A stretch of 64,000 nucleotides of DNA from Parcubacteria group bacterium (GTDB taxonomy: Bacteria; Patescibacteriota; Minisyncoccia; Moranbacterales; UBA11712), in assembly GCA_041659685.1 (NCBI GenBank), contig JBAZXV010000001.1, positions 24,226 to 88,225 of the forward strand. Reading direction: 5' to 3'. The position numbers were made by a program, and so were the translations under genes. Positions 30,215-39,774 of this stretch are shown here, piece by piece. Position 1 is the first letter of the stretch; every line of letters begins with the position of its first letter. Under the pieces are notes generated by a model. That model was not told the DNA's origin. It was given only the letters and a program-made list of their open reading frames with translations, and did not search any database.

Positions 30215-31348
30215 ATGAAGATATTAACCATCGCCGCCACGCCTTTTTTTTCGAATCGGGGCGGACATATGCGGATTTATAACGAAGCGAAATATCTCAA
30301 GAAACTGGGCGCTGATGTGCGCCTTTCGACTTATCATATAGGCGAGGATGTTCCCGGATTTGAAGTCGTGCGCATCCGGGGTCCGAAAAAATATAAAAAA
30401 AATTCTCCCGGCTTTTCTTGGGGAAAGATTTGGCTTGACTGGAAGCTTCTTTTTCTGGTCCGCCGGGAAATAAGGAAATTTCGTCCGGATGCAATCCATG
30501 CGCATTTATATGAAGGATTGGCGGTCGGATATTTGGCGAAAAGATTATCTTTTTCAAAGGTTCCGATTGTTTTTGATCTCCAGGGGAATATCGACGAAGA
30601 GTTCAGGAGTTATAGCCGGAAAAATTCCTTTGCCCGCAAAATTTTTGTTTGGCTTTCGAAAATCGTCATTAAATGGGCCGATAAAATTGTCATCAGCAGT
30701 GAAAATGTTATCTGTAGACGTCCGACGTCTACAATCATTATAAAAGACGGGATCGATTTGGATTTGTTTGAAAATCTTCAGGATTTGTCGGAGGAGGAGC
30801 GAGATAAGATTGAAGAAATAAAAAATTGGTCCGGAGACAAGAAAATATTGGCTTACATCGGCGGATTGAGCGATAATAAGGGGGTCGGGGAATTGCTCGA
30901 GGCGCTTCCGAAGGTCGAACCTTCGGAAAGAAATTCCTGGAAGCTTTTGCTCGGCGGGTATGGAAGCGACGAAGTGAAATATAAAGAGTTTATCGAGGAA
31001 AATAACTTAGAAGAGCGCGTGTATTTTTCAGGACCGATAAGCTATTTCTCACTGCCGCATTATCTGGCGCTTGCCGATGCGGGAATTGATCCAAAAAAAG
31101 GTTCGGCTGAATCAAGCGGAAAAATAGCCAATTTAATGGCCGCGGGATTGCCGATTATCTGTTTTGAAAATGAGTTTAACCGCTCGCGGATTGGTGAAAA
31201 AGGGATATACTTGAAAGATATGAGTGAATTAGGCGAGAAGCTAGATAATATTCAAGATACCGGGAAAATAAAATATAACATAGATGATTTGAGCGAAGAA
31301 AAAGAAGTCCGGAAATTGTTAGAAATATTCCAATCGTTAACAAAATAA
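30215..31348 (+). CDS. Glycosyltransferase family 4
   Basis: PFFSNRGGHMRI, HAHLYEG, KGV and ESSGKIANLMAAGLP motifs. Confidence 0.85.
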   Translation: MKILTIAATPFFSNRGGHMRIYNEAKYLKKLGADVRLSTYHIGEDVPGFEVVRIRGPKKYKKNSPGFSWGKIWLDWKLLFLVRREIRKFRPDAIHAHLYEGLAVGYLAKRLSFSKVPIVFDLQGNIDEEFRSYSRKNSFARKIFVWLSKIVIKWADKIVISSENVICRRPTSTIIIKDGIDLDLFENLQDLSEEERDKIEEIKNWSGDKKILAYIGGLSDNKGVGELLEALPKVEPSERNSWKLLLGGYGSDEVKYKEFIEENNLEERVYFSGPISYFSLPHYLALADAGIDPKKGSAESSGKIANLMAAGLPIICFENEFNRSRIGEKGIYLKDMSELGEKLDNIQDTGKIKYNIDDLSEEKEVRKLLEIFQSLTK

Positions 31349-31394
31349 ATTTTCATCAGTAAATTAGCTTACTGATTCAGAAATAATATAAAAA

Positions 31395-31625
31395 ATGACA
31401 AAGAAGATTACCTGCAAAACGGGGCTCAAGAAGAACGTAATCAATAAAAAAGTTTTCGATCGGGAAGCGGCCCTTTGCCGAATGCTTTCAAAGAAAAACA
31501 AGAGTAAATGCGGTTGGGGAAAATGCAAAGATTGCGGAGTTGTTCCATTGCTAATAAAGTTACACGAAGGGAAATTGATTGAAGGAAAAAACAACATCAA
31601 TTCAGCGCGAAAAAAATATTTGTAA
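31395..31625 (+). CDS. Small Cys-rich hypothetical protein
   Basis: 76-aa ORF with an ATG start, co-oriented with its neighbours, carrying C...CGWGKCKDCG. Confidence 0.6.
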   Translation: MTKKITCKTGLKKNVINKKVFDREAALCRMLSKKNKSKCGWGKCKDCGVVPLLIKLHEGKLIEGKNNINSARKKYL

Positions 31626-31635
31626 TATCAAATTC

Positions 31636-32430
31636 ATGGAAGGAGAAAACCATATTTTTGACTGGACAGATAAAATTGACCCGAAACTCTTTTCGAAAAA
31701 TTATCCGGATAAAAGCGAAAGGAAACATGAGCTGAAGATACTGGGACTGCCGACATACAAAGAAATTATCGTAAATTTGGAGGAGTTCAACTCGGATCCG
31801 GATGTTTTTTTGAACCAGGTTGCTTTTGCAGGCCGCCCAGCTGAGAATTATTATTTTACTATATTTCCAAATTCAATTGCGCAGAATGAAGGCGGACTAA
31901 GCACAGGCAGGCAGGGATTTAGCAAGGATCAGTTGATTAACTTCGTAGGGGAGCAAAAAATTAATTTAGCGAACCACACAATAATGATAGAACCCCACCA
32001 CAAGAAAGAATATTCGGGAACAATTCATGTAGGCTCGAACGGGGAAATATGCGGCGAATTTATCTCGGGAAAGGAACAAAGCGCTATTTCACGGGGAGAA
32101 GTTAATCCCGAATTCAGAATTGAGGGAAGATTAGAAAACCTTGAGGCTCTTCATTCTCGCTCTCCAGAAAATCCCGAAAATACAACTAACATGCAAAATA
32201 TTTTCGAAGGATCAGTCAGAAGAGTTGGGGAGGCAGTCAAGAAAAAATTTGGAAGGAGAGTGCCAACTGATCTGGACTTAGATTTCGAATTATTTTACAT
32301 TTCACCCGGAGAGAATCAGGAATTGCAGCCGATATTTTTTGATATCCTTGATCATTCGGCTGCCAAAAAAGATATTGCGATGAGAAGCAGGTTTAACGTG
32401 GCTGATTGGAGAAATCGAACTTCCGAATAA
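31636..32430 (+). CDS. Hypothetical protein
   Basis: Long open frame; ATG 31636 lies just after the upstream stop. No family recognised with confidence. Confidence 0.65.
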   Translation: MEGENHIFDWTDKIDPKLFSKNYPDKSERKHELKILGLPTYKEIIVNLEEFNSDPDVFLNQVAFAGRPAENYYFTIFPNSIAQNEGGLSTGRQGFSKDQLINFVGEQKINLANHTIMIEPHHKKEYSGTIHVGSNGEICGEFISGKEQSAISRGEVNPEFRIEGRLENLEALHSRSPENPENTTNMQNIFEGSVRRVGEAVKKKFGRRVPTDLDLDFELFYISPGENQELQPIFFDILDHSAAKKDIAMRSRFNVADWRNRTSE

Positions 32431-32450
32431 AATGTTGATTATAGAAATAT

Positions 32451-33038
32451 ATGCAAATCGAATACGAGGCGACGTTTGAAAATATAGACAAAGGTGAAAT
32501 AAAGGAGCGGCTTGAAAAGGCGGGAGCAAAGCTTGTCCGGCCGGAATTTATGCAAAAAAGAGTAACGCTTCAGCTTCCGAAGGGGCAGGATGCTCCGAAT
32601 AAATGGCTTCGAGTCAGGGATGAGGGCGACAGGATAACCATGACCTTCAAGCATTTCGACGGAGACAATATCGATAATCAAAAAGAGTTGTTAATCGTTG
32701 TGGACAGTTTTGAGAAAACGGTGGAATTCTTATTGCATATCGGCTGCATTGAAAAATCTTATCAGGAATCGAGGAGAGAACTCTGGACGCTGGACGGCGC
32801 GGAGATTACGATCGACGAGTGGCCTTTTCTTGATCCGTTTGTGGAGGTTGAGGGAAAAAACGAGAAAGAGGTGAGGGATATTTCCGAAAAATTGGGGTTC
32901 AATTGGGAAAACGCGCTTTTTTGCGCGGTTGGGCATCAATATGAGAGAAAATACGGCGTAGCGGAGGATTATTTCAACAGTAAAATTTCGAAGGTTACGT
33001 TCGATATGGAGAACCCGTTTACGGATATAAAGGCCTAG
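32451..33038 (+). CDS. CYTH domain protein (class IV adenylate cyclase/triphosphatase-like)
   Basis: N-terminal E-Y-E, WLRVRDEG..TMTFK, QESRRELW and IDEWP...VEVEG motifs. Confidence 0.85.
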   Translation: MQIEYEATFENIDKGEIKERLEKAGAKLVRPEFMQKRVTLQLPKGQDAPNKWLRVRDEGDRITMTFKHFDGDNIDNQKELLIVVDSFEKTVEFLLHIGCIEKSYQESRRELWTLDGAEITIDEWPFLDPFVEVEGKNEKEVRDISEKLGFNWENALFCAVGHQYERKYGVAEDYFNSKISKVTFDMENPFTDIKA

Positions 33039-33043
33039 AAAAT

Positions 33044-33073
33044 TCAGTGCGGTAAGGCGGCATACCGCGCTGA
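33044..33073. repeat. Intergenic inverted repeat/hairpin
   Basis: TCAGTGCGGTA-N8-TACCGCGCTGA forms an 11-bp stem with one G-U pair; there is no U tract. Confidence 0.55.
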
Positions 33074-33087
33074 TAAATATATCATTT

Positions 33088-34272
33088 ATGAAATCGTGGG
33101 CTGTAAAACTGGGAAAAGGAATCGGCGCAATGAAGCGCGACGGAATATGGCGGGGCGGAAAACGCTCAGTCCGGTCTTTTTTAAAATTATTCCGACGGGT
33201 CGGGTCGGGAGATATTCTTTTTATTTCCAGCGGAGTGGGAGACAGCGCCAAATACCGCTCCAATCGGCAAGCGGAAGAACTTTCTCTTCATGGGTTCAAA
33301 TGTTCGGTTACTGTCCAGGATAATCCGCTTCTTCCGAAATATGCGGATCGCTTCAACATCTTCATCTTTCAAAAAACAATATATTCAAAAACAGTCGCGA
33401 GATTAATTGAAAAAATAAAAAAACAGGAAAAGGAAATTATTTTTGAAACTGATGATTTGGTTTTTGATCCGGAATATGTCCGCCAAATGGATTTTTTCGA
33501 AAAACTCAATACCCTTGAAAAGAAACAGTATGAAACAGGAGTGGGGAGTGAAATACTTCGGGACGATTATGTCAAAAATTGCGTGACAACGACTTCTTTT
33601 CTGGCCGAAAAGCTCAAAAAATACGGAAAGCGGGTTTATATCTCGAAAAACAAGCTTTCAAATTATGATTCTGGAATAGCGGAAGAATTATACAACAAGA
33701 AGATCGATAATACCGGCAAAAATCCGGCTTTGGTCAAAATCGGATATTTTTCCGGAACGGCCAGTCATGATAAAGATTTTGAGGCGGCGCGGGAGGCGCT
33801 GGTCCGTATTCTTGAGAAATTTCCGGATGTCGAACTGAATCTTTTCGGGCCGCTTGAAGCAAGCGGCATTTATAAAAGATTCGGCCATCGGATCAAAAAG
33901 CACCCGTTTGTTTCCTGGGAGAAACATCTTGAAAATATCTCAAAAGTTGACATAAATATCGCTCCGCTTGAGATTGGGAACCCTTTTTGCGAGTCGAAGT
34001 CAGAGCTGAAATTCATTGAAGCTGGAATAGTCGGCGTGCCGACGGTTGCTTCGACGACAGGAACGTTTCGGGAGACGATTGAAGACGGAATTGATGGTTT
34101 TGTCGCTTTTAACGAAAATGAGTGGGTTGAAAAACTTGAACGGCTGATCGGCGATAAAAAATTCAGGGAAGAAATGGGAAGCAAGGCAAGGGAGAAAGTG
34201 CTGAAAAATTATACGAATAAAATCAGCTGCAACGAAGAATATTATGATTTTCTGCGATCAAAAAATAGATAG
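33088..34272 (+). CDS. Glycosyltransferase family 4-like (GT-B)
   Basis: ETDDLVF, IGYFSGTASHDKDF, DINIAPLE and KSELKFIEAG motifs. Confidence 0.85.
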   Translation: MKSWAVKLGKGIGAMKRDGIWRGGKRSVRSFLKLFRRVGSGDILFISSGVGDSAKYRSNRQAEELSLHGFKCSVTVQDNPLLPKYADRFNIFIFQKTIYSKTVARLIEKIKKQEKEIIFETDDLVFDPEYVRQMDFFEKLNTLEKKQYETGVGSEILRDDYVKNCVTTTSFLAEKLKKYGKRVYISKNKLSNYDSGIAEELYNKKIDNTGKNPALVKIGYFSGTASHDKDFEAAREALVRILEKFPDVELNLFGPLEASGIYKRFGHRIKKHPFVSWEKHLENISKVDINIAPLEIGNPFCESKSELKFIEAGIVGVPTVASTTGTFRETIEDGIDGFVAFNENEWVEKLERLIGDKKFREEMGSKAREKVLKNYTNKISCNEEYYDFLRSKNR

Positions 34273-34273
34273 T

Positions 34274-34309
34274 CAAATACTTCCACCATTGTAATGGTGG
34301 AAGTATTTG
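34274..34309. repeat. Perfect 17-bp inverted repeat (REP-like palindrome)
   Basis: CAAATACTTCCACCATT-GT-AATGGTGGAAGTATTTG. Confidence 0.85.
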
Positions 34310-34338
34310 GCCGTTTTTAACTTTTGTGGGTTTGGTTT

Positions 34339-35334
34339 ATGAGAAAAGTTGCCATTGTTATCGTGAATTGGAACGGGAAGAAATATCTTAAGGATTGTTT
34401 TGAATCGCTAAAGGTGCAAACGGAAAAAAACTTCAGGGTGATTTTTGTCGACAACGGATCGGAGGACGGTTCGGTTGATTTTTTGAAAAATAATTATTCG
34501 AGCTTCGGAGGCCCGGATGCGGACATTATCCGGCTGGGGAAAAATACAGGTTTTTGTTTCGGCTTCAACGCCGGAATCAAGAAGGCGCTTGGATATGAAA
34601 ATATCAGGCATGTGATTGTCCTTAATAACGACACGAAGCTTGATGAAAAATATATTGAAGAAATATCAGCCTGCGCCGAAAGGCATCCGGATGCCGGTTC
34701 GGTCCAGCCGAAAGTGATAAATTTCTTCGATAAAGATAAGATCGACTGCGCCGGGATTTATATAAGCCGAGACGGAACTGCGCATAACAGAGGATACGGC
34801 GAAGATGAGAAAAAATATTCGGAAGAAAAAGAGATTTTCGGGGCAAACGGGACGGCCTCGCTCTTTACCCGCCAGGCACTTGAAAAAACATCCCTTTCGG
34901 AGCATAATTACTTCGACAATGGCTATTTCGCGTTTTATGAAGATGTAGATTTGGCCTGGCGATTAAAAACTGCCGGTTTTAAATCTTATTATTGCCCGGG
35001 CGCGGTCGTGTCGCATGTCCACAGCGGAACGGCAGGGAAGGCTTCTCTTATGAAGGCGTATTATCTGCATCGGAATTATTTTTTTACGGTCATCAAGAAC
35101 TATCCCTGCGGAAAAGTAGTAAAAACGCTTGTTTGGCGTTTTTTGAGTTATGTTCAGCTCATTTTCAATGTTTTCCGAAGAGAGAAAAGGGAAGCGGAGT
35201 TCGTAAAGGGGCACAGCAAAGGAGAGGTGGCGGTCGTGATTCTGGAGGCCTGGGGGAGTGTTATTTATAATCTTCCGGAACTGATAAGGAAAAGAAGGTT
35301 AATCAAAAAGCAAAGAGAAAAAGGCGATTTGTAA
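34339..35334 (+). CDS. Glycosyltransferase family 2
   Basis: VIVNWNG, VDNGSEDGS, NTGFC.G.N, LNNDT and YEDVDLAWR motifs. Confidence 0.88.
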   Translation: MRKVAIVIVNWNGKKYLKDCFESLKVQTEKNFRVIFVDNGSEDGSVDFLKNNYSSFGGPDADIIRLGKNTGFCFGFNAGIKKALGYENIRHVIVLNNDTKLDEKYIEEISACAERHPDAGSVQPKVINFFDKDKIDCAGIYISRDGTAHNRGYGEDEKKYSEEKEIFGANGTASLFTRQALEKTSLSEHNYFDNGYFAFYEDVDLAWRLKTAGFKSYYCPGAVVSHVHSGTAGKASLMKAYYLHRNYFFTVIKNYPCGKVVKTLVWRFLSYVQLIFNVFRREKREAEFVKGHSKGEVAVVILEAWGSVIYNLPELIRKRRLIKKQREKGDL

Positions 35335-35380
35335 TTTGGGTTTTTCAAGTTACTGATTGATAACAACGAAATGAATACTC

Positions 35381-37039
35381 TTGAAATTTAAGCCGGACTG
35401 GAAAATAGCATTATTTTTATTTATAATCGCTCTTGCGGTCTTTTTGCGCGTCTATCATTTTTCCGACTGGCTCTTTTTCAAAATGGATCAGGCGCGGGAT
35501 GCATCGACGATACAGCAGGCCTTTGAATTCGGTCCGGGATGGCTTCCCCTGCTCGGCCCGAAAGCGGGCGGAACGGAGCTTAATCTTGGGCCGGCTTTTT
35601 ATTATTTTCAATATATTTCCGCCGTTCTTTTTCAGAATGCGAATCCGGCCACCCTGGCCTTTCCGGATCTTTTATTCGGAATTCTCTCGATCCCGCTTTT
35701 TTATTTTTTTCTCAGGAAATATTTTTCCCGCGATTGGTCGATGGTGCTGGCAAGCCTATATGCCGTTTGTTTTCTCGGGATCCAGTATTCGAGGTTTTCC
35801 TGGAATCCGAACGGGCTCGTTTTCTTCAATCTCCTGTTCTTTTTGTCGCTTCTCAATGTTTTCGACGAAAAGATAAAATATCGGCTCCGCTGGATAATTT
35901 CAGCAGGGGTTTCATTCGCCGTCTCGACACAGCTTCATTTTCTCTCTTTTCTGACACTGCCGGTGATAACATTGGTGTTTATCGCCCTCAACTGGAAAGA
36001 GGCGAGGAAAGTTTTGAACTGGAAGCATGCCGCTTTGTTTATTTCAATCGTGGCTGTGGTTTATCTTCCGGTAATCCTGAATGAGATTGTTTCGAAAGGG
36101 GAAAATACAACCGAATTCATTAAAGCCGTCAGAGAAAAACCCTCAGCGCACAGTTTTTTGAAAAACGTTAACCGGGATCTGCGTTATTGGGGGCAAAACT
36201 GGTTTTTAATTCTTACCAGCTGGATAAGCCGGAAAGGGGGAACGAACGGAATGATTTTGGCTTGGCTCGGCGCGATTATTCCGGCTCTTTTCATCGGCTT
36301 CAATTTTTTCCGAAGGGAAGAAAACCGGGTAAAGAAAAAATTTATTTTAATAACGCTGCTCTGGTTTATAATTTATCTTCTGGCTTATATTCCGATCGCT
36401 TATCAAATTCGGCCGAGATTTTTTCTCCCCTTACTTTCTCTTCCGTTCATATATATTGGATATACCGCCTTGTTTTTCTGGGAAAAAAAGAAAGTATACT
36501 GGAAAATTATTGTTGCTGCCGGCCTGCTGATAATCTTTTTTGGAAACATAGCGGGAACCTTTGCCTGGTTTAAAGAGATTGAGGGCGCTCAGAAAAAAGG
36601 GATATATCCCTGGCGGACAATTATTTTAAAAGCAAAAGACGGAATTGTTCTTTGGCATCTCGAAAAGGCGGCCGATTACATGCAGTCCAATTGCGCAGGA
36701 AACAAAATATATTATGACGTATCCTCCGAATACAAACGCCCGGTGAAATATTTGCTTGGTTTGCGGGGCATCGACGCCGAACCGATCGGAAGCCTTGAGT
36801 CCGGAAACAGGGAATCCTGCGCGTATGATCTTAAATTAACCCGATCTAAAAATAAATCTCCCGGAAAAGAACTGGAGGCGGAATTTCAGGCAGGGGAGGC
36901 GGAAAAAATAGGCGCTTTAAGCGTGTATAAGCTGAATGTGAGGGAAGAATTTTTCGGACAAGCGCTTTCAACTCATAAGAAAGGATCGGAAGAAAATGAA
37001 AAAACAAATCGCATATTTTGGAAAGATATCGTAAGATAG
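35381..37039 (+). CDS. ArnT/PMT-like GT-C glycosyltransferase (paralog 1)
   Basis: FLRVY...DQARD...PLLGP...LGPAFYY, YSRFSWNPN and QLHF motifs; multi-TM. Confidence 0.8.
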   Translation: MKFKPDWKIALFLFIIALAVFLRVYHFSDWLFFKMDQARDASTIQQAFEFGPGWLPLLGPKAGGTELNLGPAFYYFQYISAVLFQNANPATLAFPDLLFGILSIPLFYFFLRKYFSRDWSMVLASLYAVCFLGIQYSRFSWNPNGLVFFNLLFFLSLLNVFDEKIKYRLRWIISAGVSFAVSTQLHFLSFLTLPVITLVFIALNWKEARKVLNWKHAALFISIVAVVYLPVILNEIVSKGENTTEFIKAVREKPSAHSFLKNVNRDLRYWGQNWFLILTSWISRKGGTNGMILAWLGAIIPALFIGFNFFRREENRVKKKFILITLLWFIIYLLAYIPIAYQIRPRFFLPLLSLPFIYIGYTALFFWEKKKVYWKIIVAAGLLIIFFGNIAGTFAWFKEIEGAQKKGIYPWRTIILKAKDGIVLWHLEKAADYMQSNCAGNKIYYDVSSEYKRPVKYLLGLRGIDAEPIGSLESGNRESCAYDLKLTRSKNKSPGKELEAEFQAGEAEKIGALSVYKLNVREEFFGQALSTHKKGSEENEKTNRIFWKDIVR

Positions 37040-37123
37040 TATAATATTTCTGTGTTTATGGGAAATGGCGTCTTCCGATGTTTTGACAGTTGAATCGGGG
37101 CTAAGAATGAATTTCCGGTTTTT

Positions 37124-38815
37124 GTGAAAAATAAATTTGGAAAAATAAAATACGATTGGAAATTTGCCTTGTTCCTACTTGCTTTTGCAGCCGGTATTTT
37201 TCTTCGCATCTATCATTTTTCCGACTGGCTTTACTTCAAGCTTGACCAGGCCCGCGACGCCTTTATCGCGCTTCAGGCTTTTGAAAAAGGGCCTGGCTAT
37301 CTGCCTCTCCTGGGAGCGAGGGCAGGCGGGACATATCTTCTTTTGGGTCCTGTATATTATTATTTCCAATATTTGGCTCTCCTTATCACAAGAAACGCTT
37401 ACCCGGCGACCTATGCGCTGCCGGATCTTTTTTTTGCCATTCTGTCCGTTCCCATGTTTTATATTTTTATTAAGAGGTACTTTGGCCGTAATTGGGCCCT
37501 TTATCTTGCTTCCGTGCTTGCCCTGTGTTTCTTTGCCATTGAATATTCGAGGTTTTCCTGGAACACCAATCCGCTTCCATTTTTCACTCTCCTTTATTTT
37601 TTTTCTCTCTTAAAATCTCTTGAAAGCGAGGGCAGGAAAGCTCTTTGGTGGGCGCTGATTTCTGGAGTGGCCCTTTCAGTAACGAGCCAGCTTCATTTTC
37701 TGGCCTTTCTCGGGTTTCCGGTCGTGACATTTCTGCTCATCATCATTGATCGGAAGAATTTAAGGGGAAAAACGGGCTGGCGGATAATTTTGGTCTTCCT
37801 GTCGGGTTTTCTCATTCTTTATGTTCCGTGGATACTGAGCGATCTGGGGAATAACTGGAAAAACACCCTTCATTTTTGGGATGCGGTGCTTACGAAACTT
37901 TTCAGCGCCACGCTTTGGCAGGATGTGGTGCTGGGATTTGCTTATTTTGCTCAGGACTGGATAATCATACTCACCGGATATGTGGCAACGATGAAAGAGC
38001 ATCTCTTGTTCCTTTTGGCCTGGATTGTGTTTATTCTCCCGTCGATCTTCCTGAACTGGAAATTTTATCGGAGCGAACAGGACGCAAAGAAAAGGAGATT
38101 TCTTCTTTTGACGCTTCTTTGGTTTCTTATTTTTCTTATAGTGTATATTCCCATCGGGCATCAGCTTAGGGCCCGGTACTTTCTTGTAATGGAGGCGTTG
38201 CCCCTTATATATCTCGGTTACATATTGAAATACATAAATTCTCTTCGGCGGCGGGGAAAGAATGTCGCGGTCGCGGCGGTCGCGGCGGCGGTAATTATCG
38301 GCAATCTGGCCGGAACATATCTTTGGTTCAATCAGCTTGCGCTTGCGGAAAAACAGACTTCGGTTGATTCAAAAAGGACATTTGTGTTCAAGGAAGAGGA
38401 TGATGTGACTCTCTGGCATATCGATCAGGCGGCGAAATATATCACCGATAACTGCACAGGCAAAGAAGTGCGCTTTGCCGCTCCGCCCGTCCATTTGAAA
38501 GCGGTTGACTATATGCTTCGGTATTACGCGGCAAAAAAAACGGCAGAACAAAAATCCAAGTCGGGGGAATATTGTTTTTATGCCGTCGGATCTTCAAAGA
38601 GTGATATGGGATATGTCGACGCGAATGTTAAGAATAATTTCCATGTGGCCGAAAGAAAGATTTTCGGCCTGGTCGGAGTTTATAAAATTGAACCAAATGA
38701 TCCGAAAAATATCTCATTTAAACGGCTTTACGACATAAACAGCGACGAAATAACCGAGGAGACAAAGGCTAACAGGATTTATTGGAAAGATTTATTTTCT
38801 CCCGGCAAAAATTAA
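37124..38815 (+). CDS. ArnT/PMT-like GT-C glycosyltransferase (paralog 2)
   Basis: Same motifs as paralog 1 (DQARD, LGPVYYY, YSRFSWN, QLHF). Confidence 0.8.
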   Translation: MKNKFGKIKYDWKFALFLLAFAAGIFLRIYHFSDWLYFKLDQARDAFIALQAFEKGPGYLPLLGARAGGTYLLLGPVYYYFQYLALLITRNAYPATYALPDLFFAILSVPMFYIFIKRYFGRNWALYLASVLALCFFAIEYSRFSWNTNPLPFFTLLYFFSLLKSLESEGRKALWWALISGVALSVTSQLHFLAFLGFPVVTFLLIIIDRKNLRGKTGWRIILVFLSGFLILYVPWILSDLGNNWKNTLHFWDAVLTKLFSATLWQDVVLGFAYFAQDWIIILTGYVATMKEHLLFLLAWIVFILPSIFLNWKFYRSEQDAKKRRFLLLTLLWFLIFLIVYIPIGHQLRARYFLVMEALPLIYLGYILKYINSLRRRGKNVAVAAVAAAVIIGNLAGTYLWFNQLALAEKQTSVDSKRTFVFKEEDDVTLWHIDQAAKYITDNCTGKEVRFAAPPVHLKAVDYMLRYYAAKKTAEQKSKSGEYCFYAVGSSKSDMGYVDANVKNNFHVAERKIFGLVGVYKIEPNDPKNISFKRLYDINSDEITEETKANRIYWKDLFSPGKN

Positions 38816-38972
38816 TTGGAACATAAGCGCCGTTCGCCCCGGATGAAAATAAATTTTCACTTGCGAGCTCGCTAGCAATTATAATTTTTTCGTGTTTGCG
38901 GGAAGACGGGCGGGGGGTGGAAAAAATAATTTTGATATATTAAAATGGGATTAGTGAATTAAAATACCTACT

Positions 38973-39701
38973 ATGAAAAACGGACAAATATCCGTAGTGG
39001 TTCCTTGTTTTAACGAAGAAGAAACTATTTATCGGAACATAAAAAGAATTGCCGATTATCTGAATTCGAAATTTGATGATTTCGAGATAATTGCCGTGAA
39101 CGACGGCAGTACGGACGGCACGATCAAAAAACTCAGGGAAATAGAAAAAGAATTGCCGATCCGGATTATAGATAACGGGGAAAACAAGGGGAAGGGAAAA
39201 GTTGTTCGAGACGGCATAGCAGCCAGTCAAAAAGAAATTGTTATGTTTCTGGACGCCGATCTCGGGATCCCCATTGAAGAGCTGGAAAAATTTGTGGCTG
39301 AGATCGATAACGGTTTCGATATGGTTATAGCTTCAAGATTTGTTCCGGGGCTGAAAGTTATCCGGCCGGTCCGTCTGCATAGAAGAGCAATGGAAAAAAT
39401 TTTCAGGATTATGAGGATGGCCATCATTAACGACTGGCAGGTAAAAGACACTCAATGCGGATTCAAGGTGTTCCGCCGGGAAACGGCGCTGAATATTTTT
39501 CCGAGGCTCAAAGTGGAACGGTTCGCCTTTGACGCCGAAGTGATATTCGTTGCCAACAAATTCGGCCACAGGATCAAGGAATTGCCCATTTCTCTCCAAA
39601 ATCCCCCCAATAGCCACGTGCGTTTTTTCAGGGATCCGATAAACATGACGCTGGATCTTTTGAAAATAAGGATAAACGATTGGAAGGGGAAATATAATTA
39701 G
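38973..39701 (+). CDS. Dolichyl/polyprenyl-phosphate beta-glucosyltransferase-like GT2
   Basis: VVPCFNEE, NDGSTDGT, NKGKG, FLDADL, DTQCGFK and FAFDAE motifs. Confidence 0.85.
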   Translation: MKNGQISVVVPCFNEEETIYRNIKRIADYLNSKFDDFEIIAVNDGSTDGTIKKLREIEKELPIRIIDNGENKGKGKVVRDGIAASQKEIVMFLDADLGIPIEELEKFVAEIDNGFDMVIASRFVPGLKVIRPVRLHRRAMEKIFRIMRMAIINDWQVKDTQCGFKVFRRETALNIFPRLKVERFAFDAEVIFVANKFGHRIKELPISLQNPPNSHVRFFRDPINMTLDLLKIRINDWKGKYN

Positions 39702-39774
39702 AATTTCCAATTCCCAATTTTCAATGTACAATGAATTTTAATGCATGATTAATTGTCAATTATTCCGCCAAGCA

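Noticed and set aside
38816-38972. GC-rich intergenic patches as a possible tRNA/ncRNA
   Set aside because: Only short palindromes (GCGAGCTCGC; TGAAAAT-AA-ATTTTCA) are present, with no cloverleaf or known motif.
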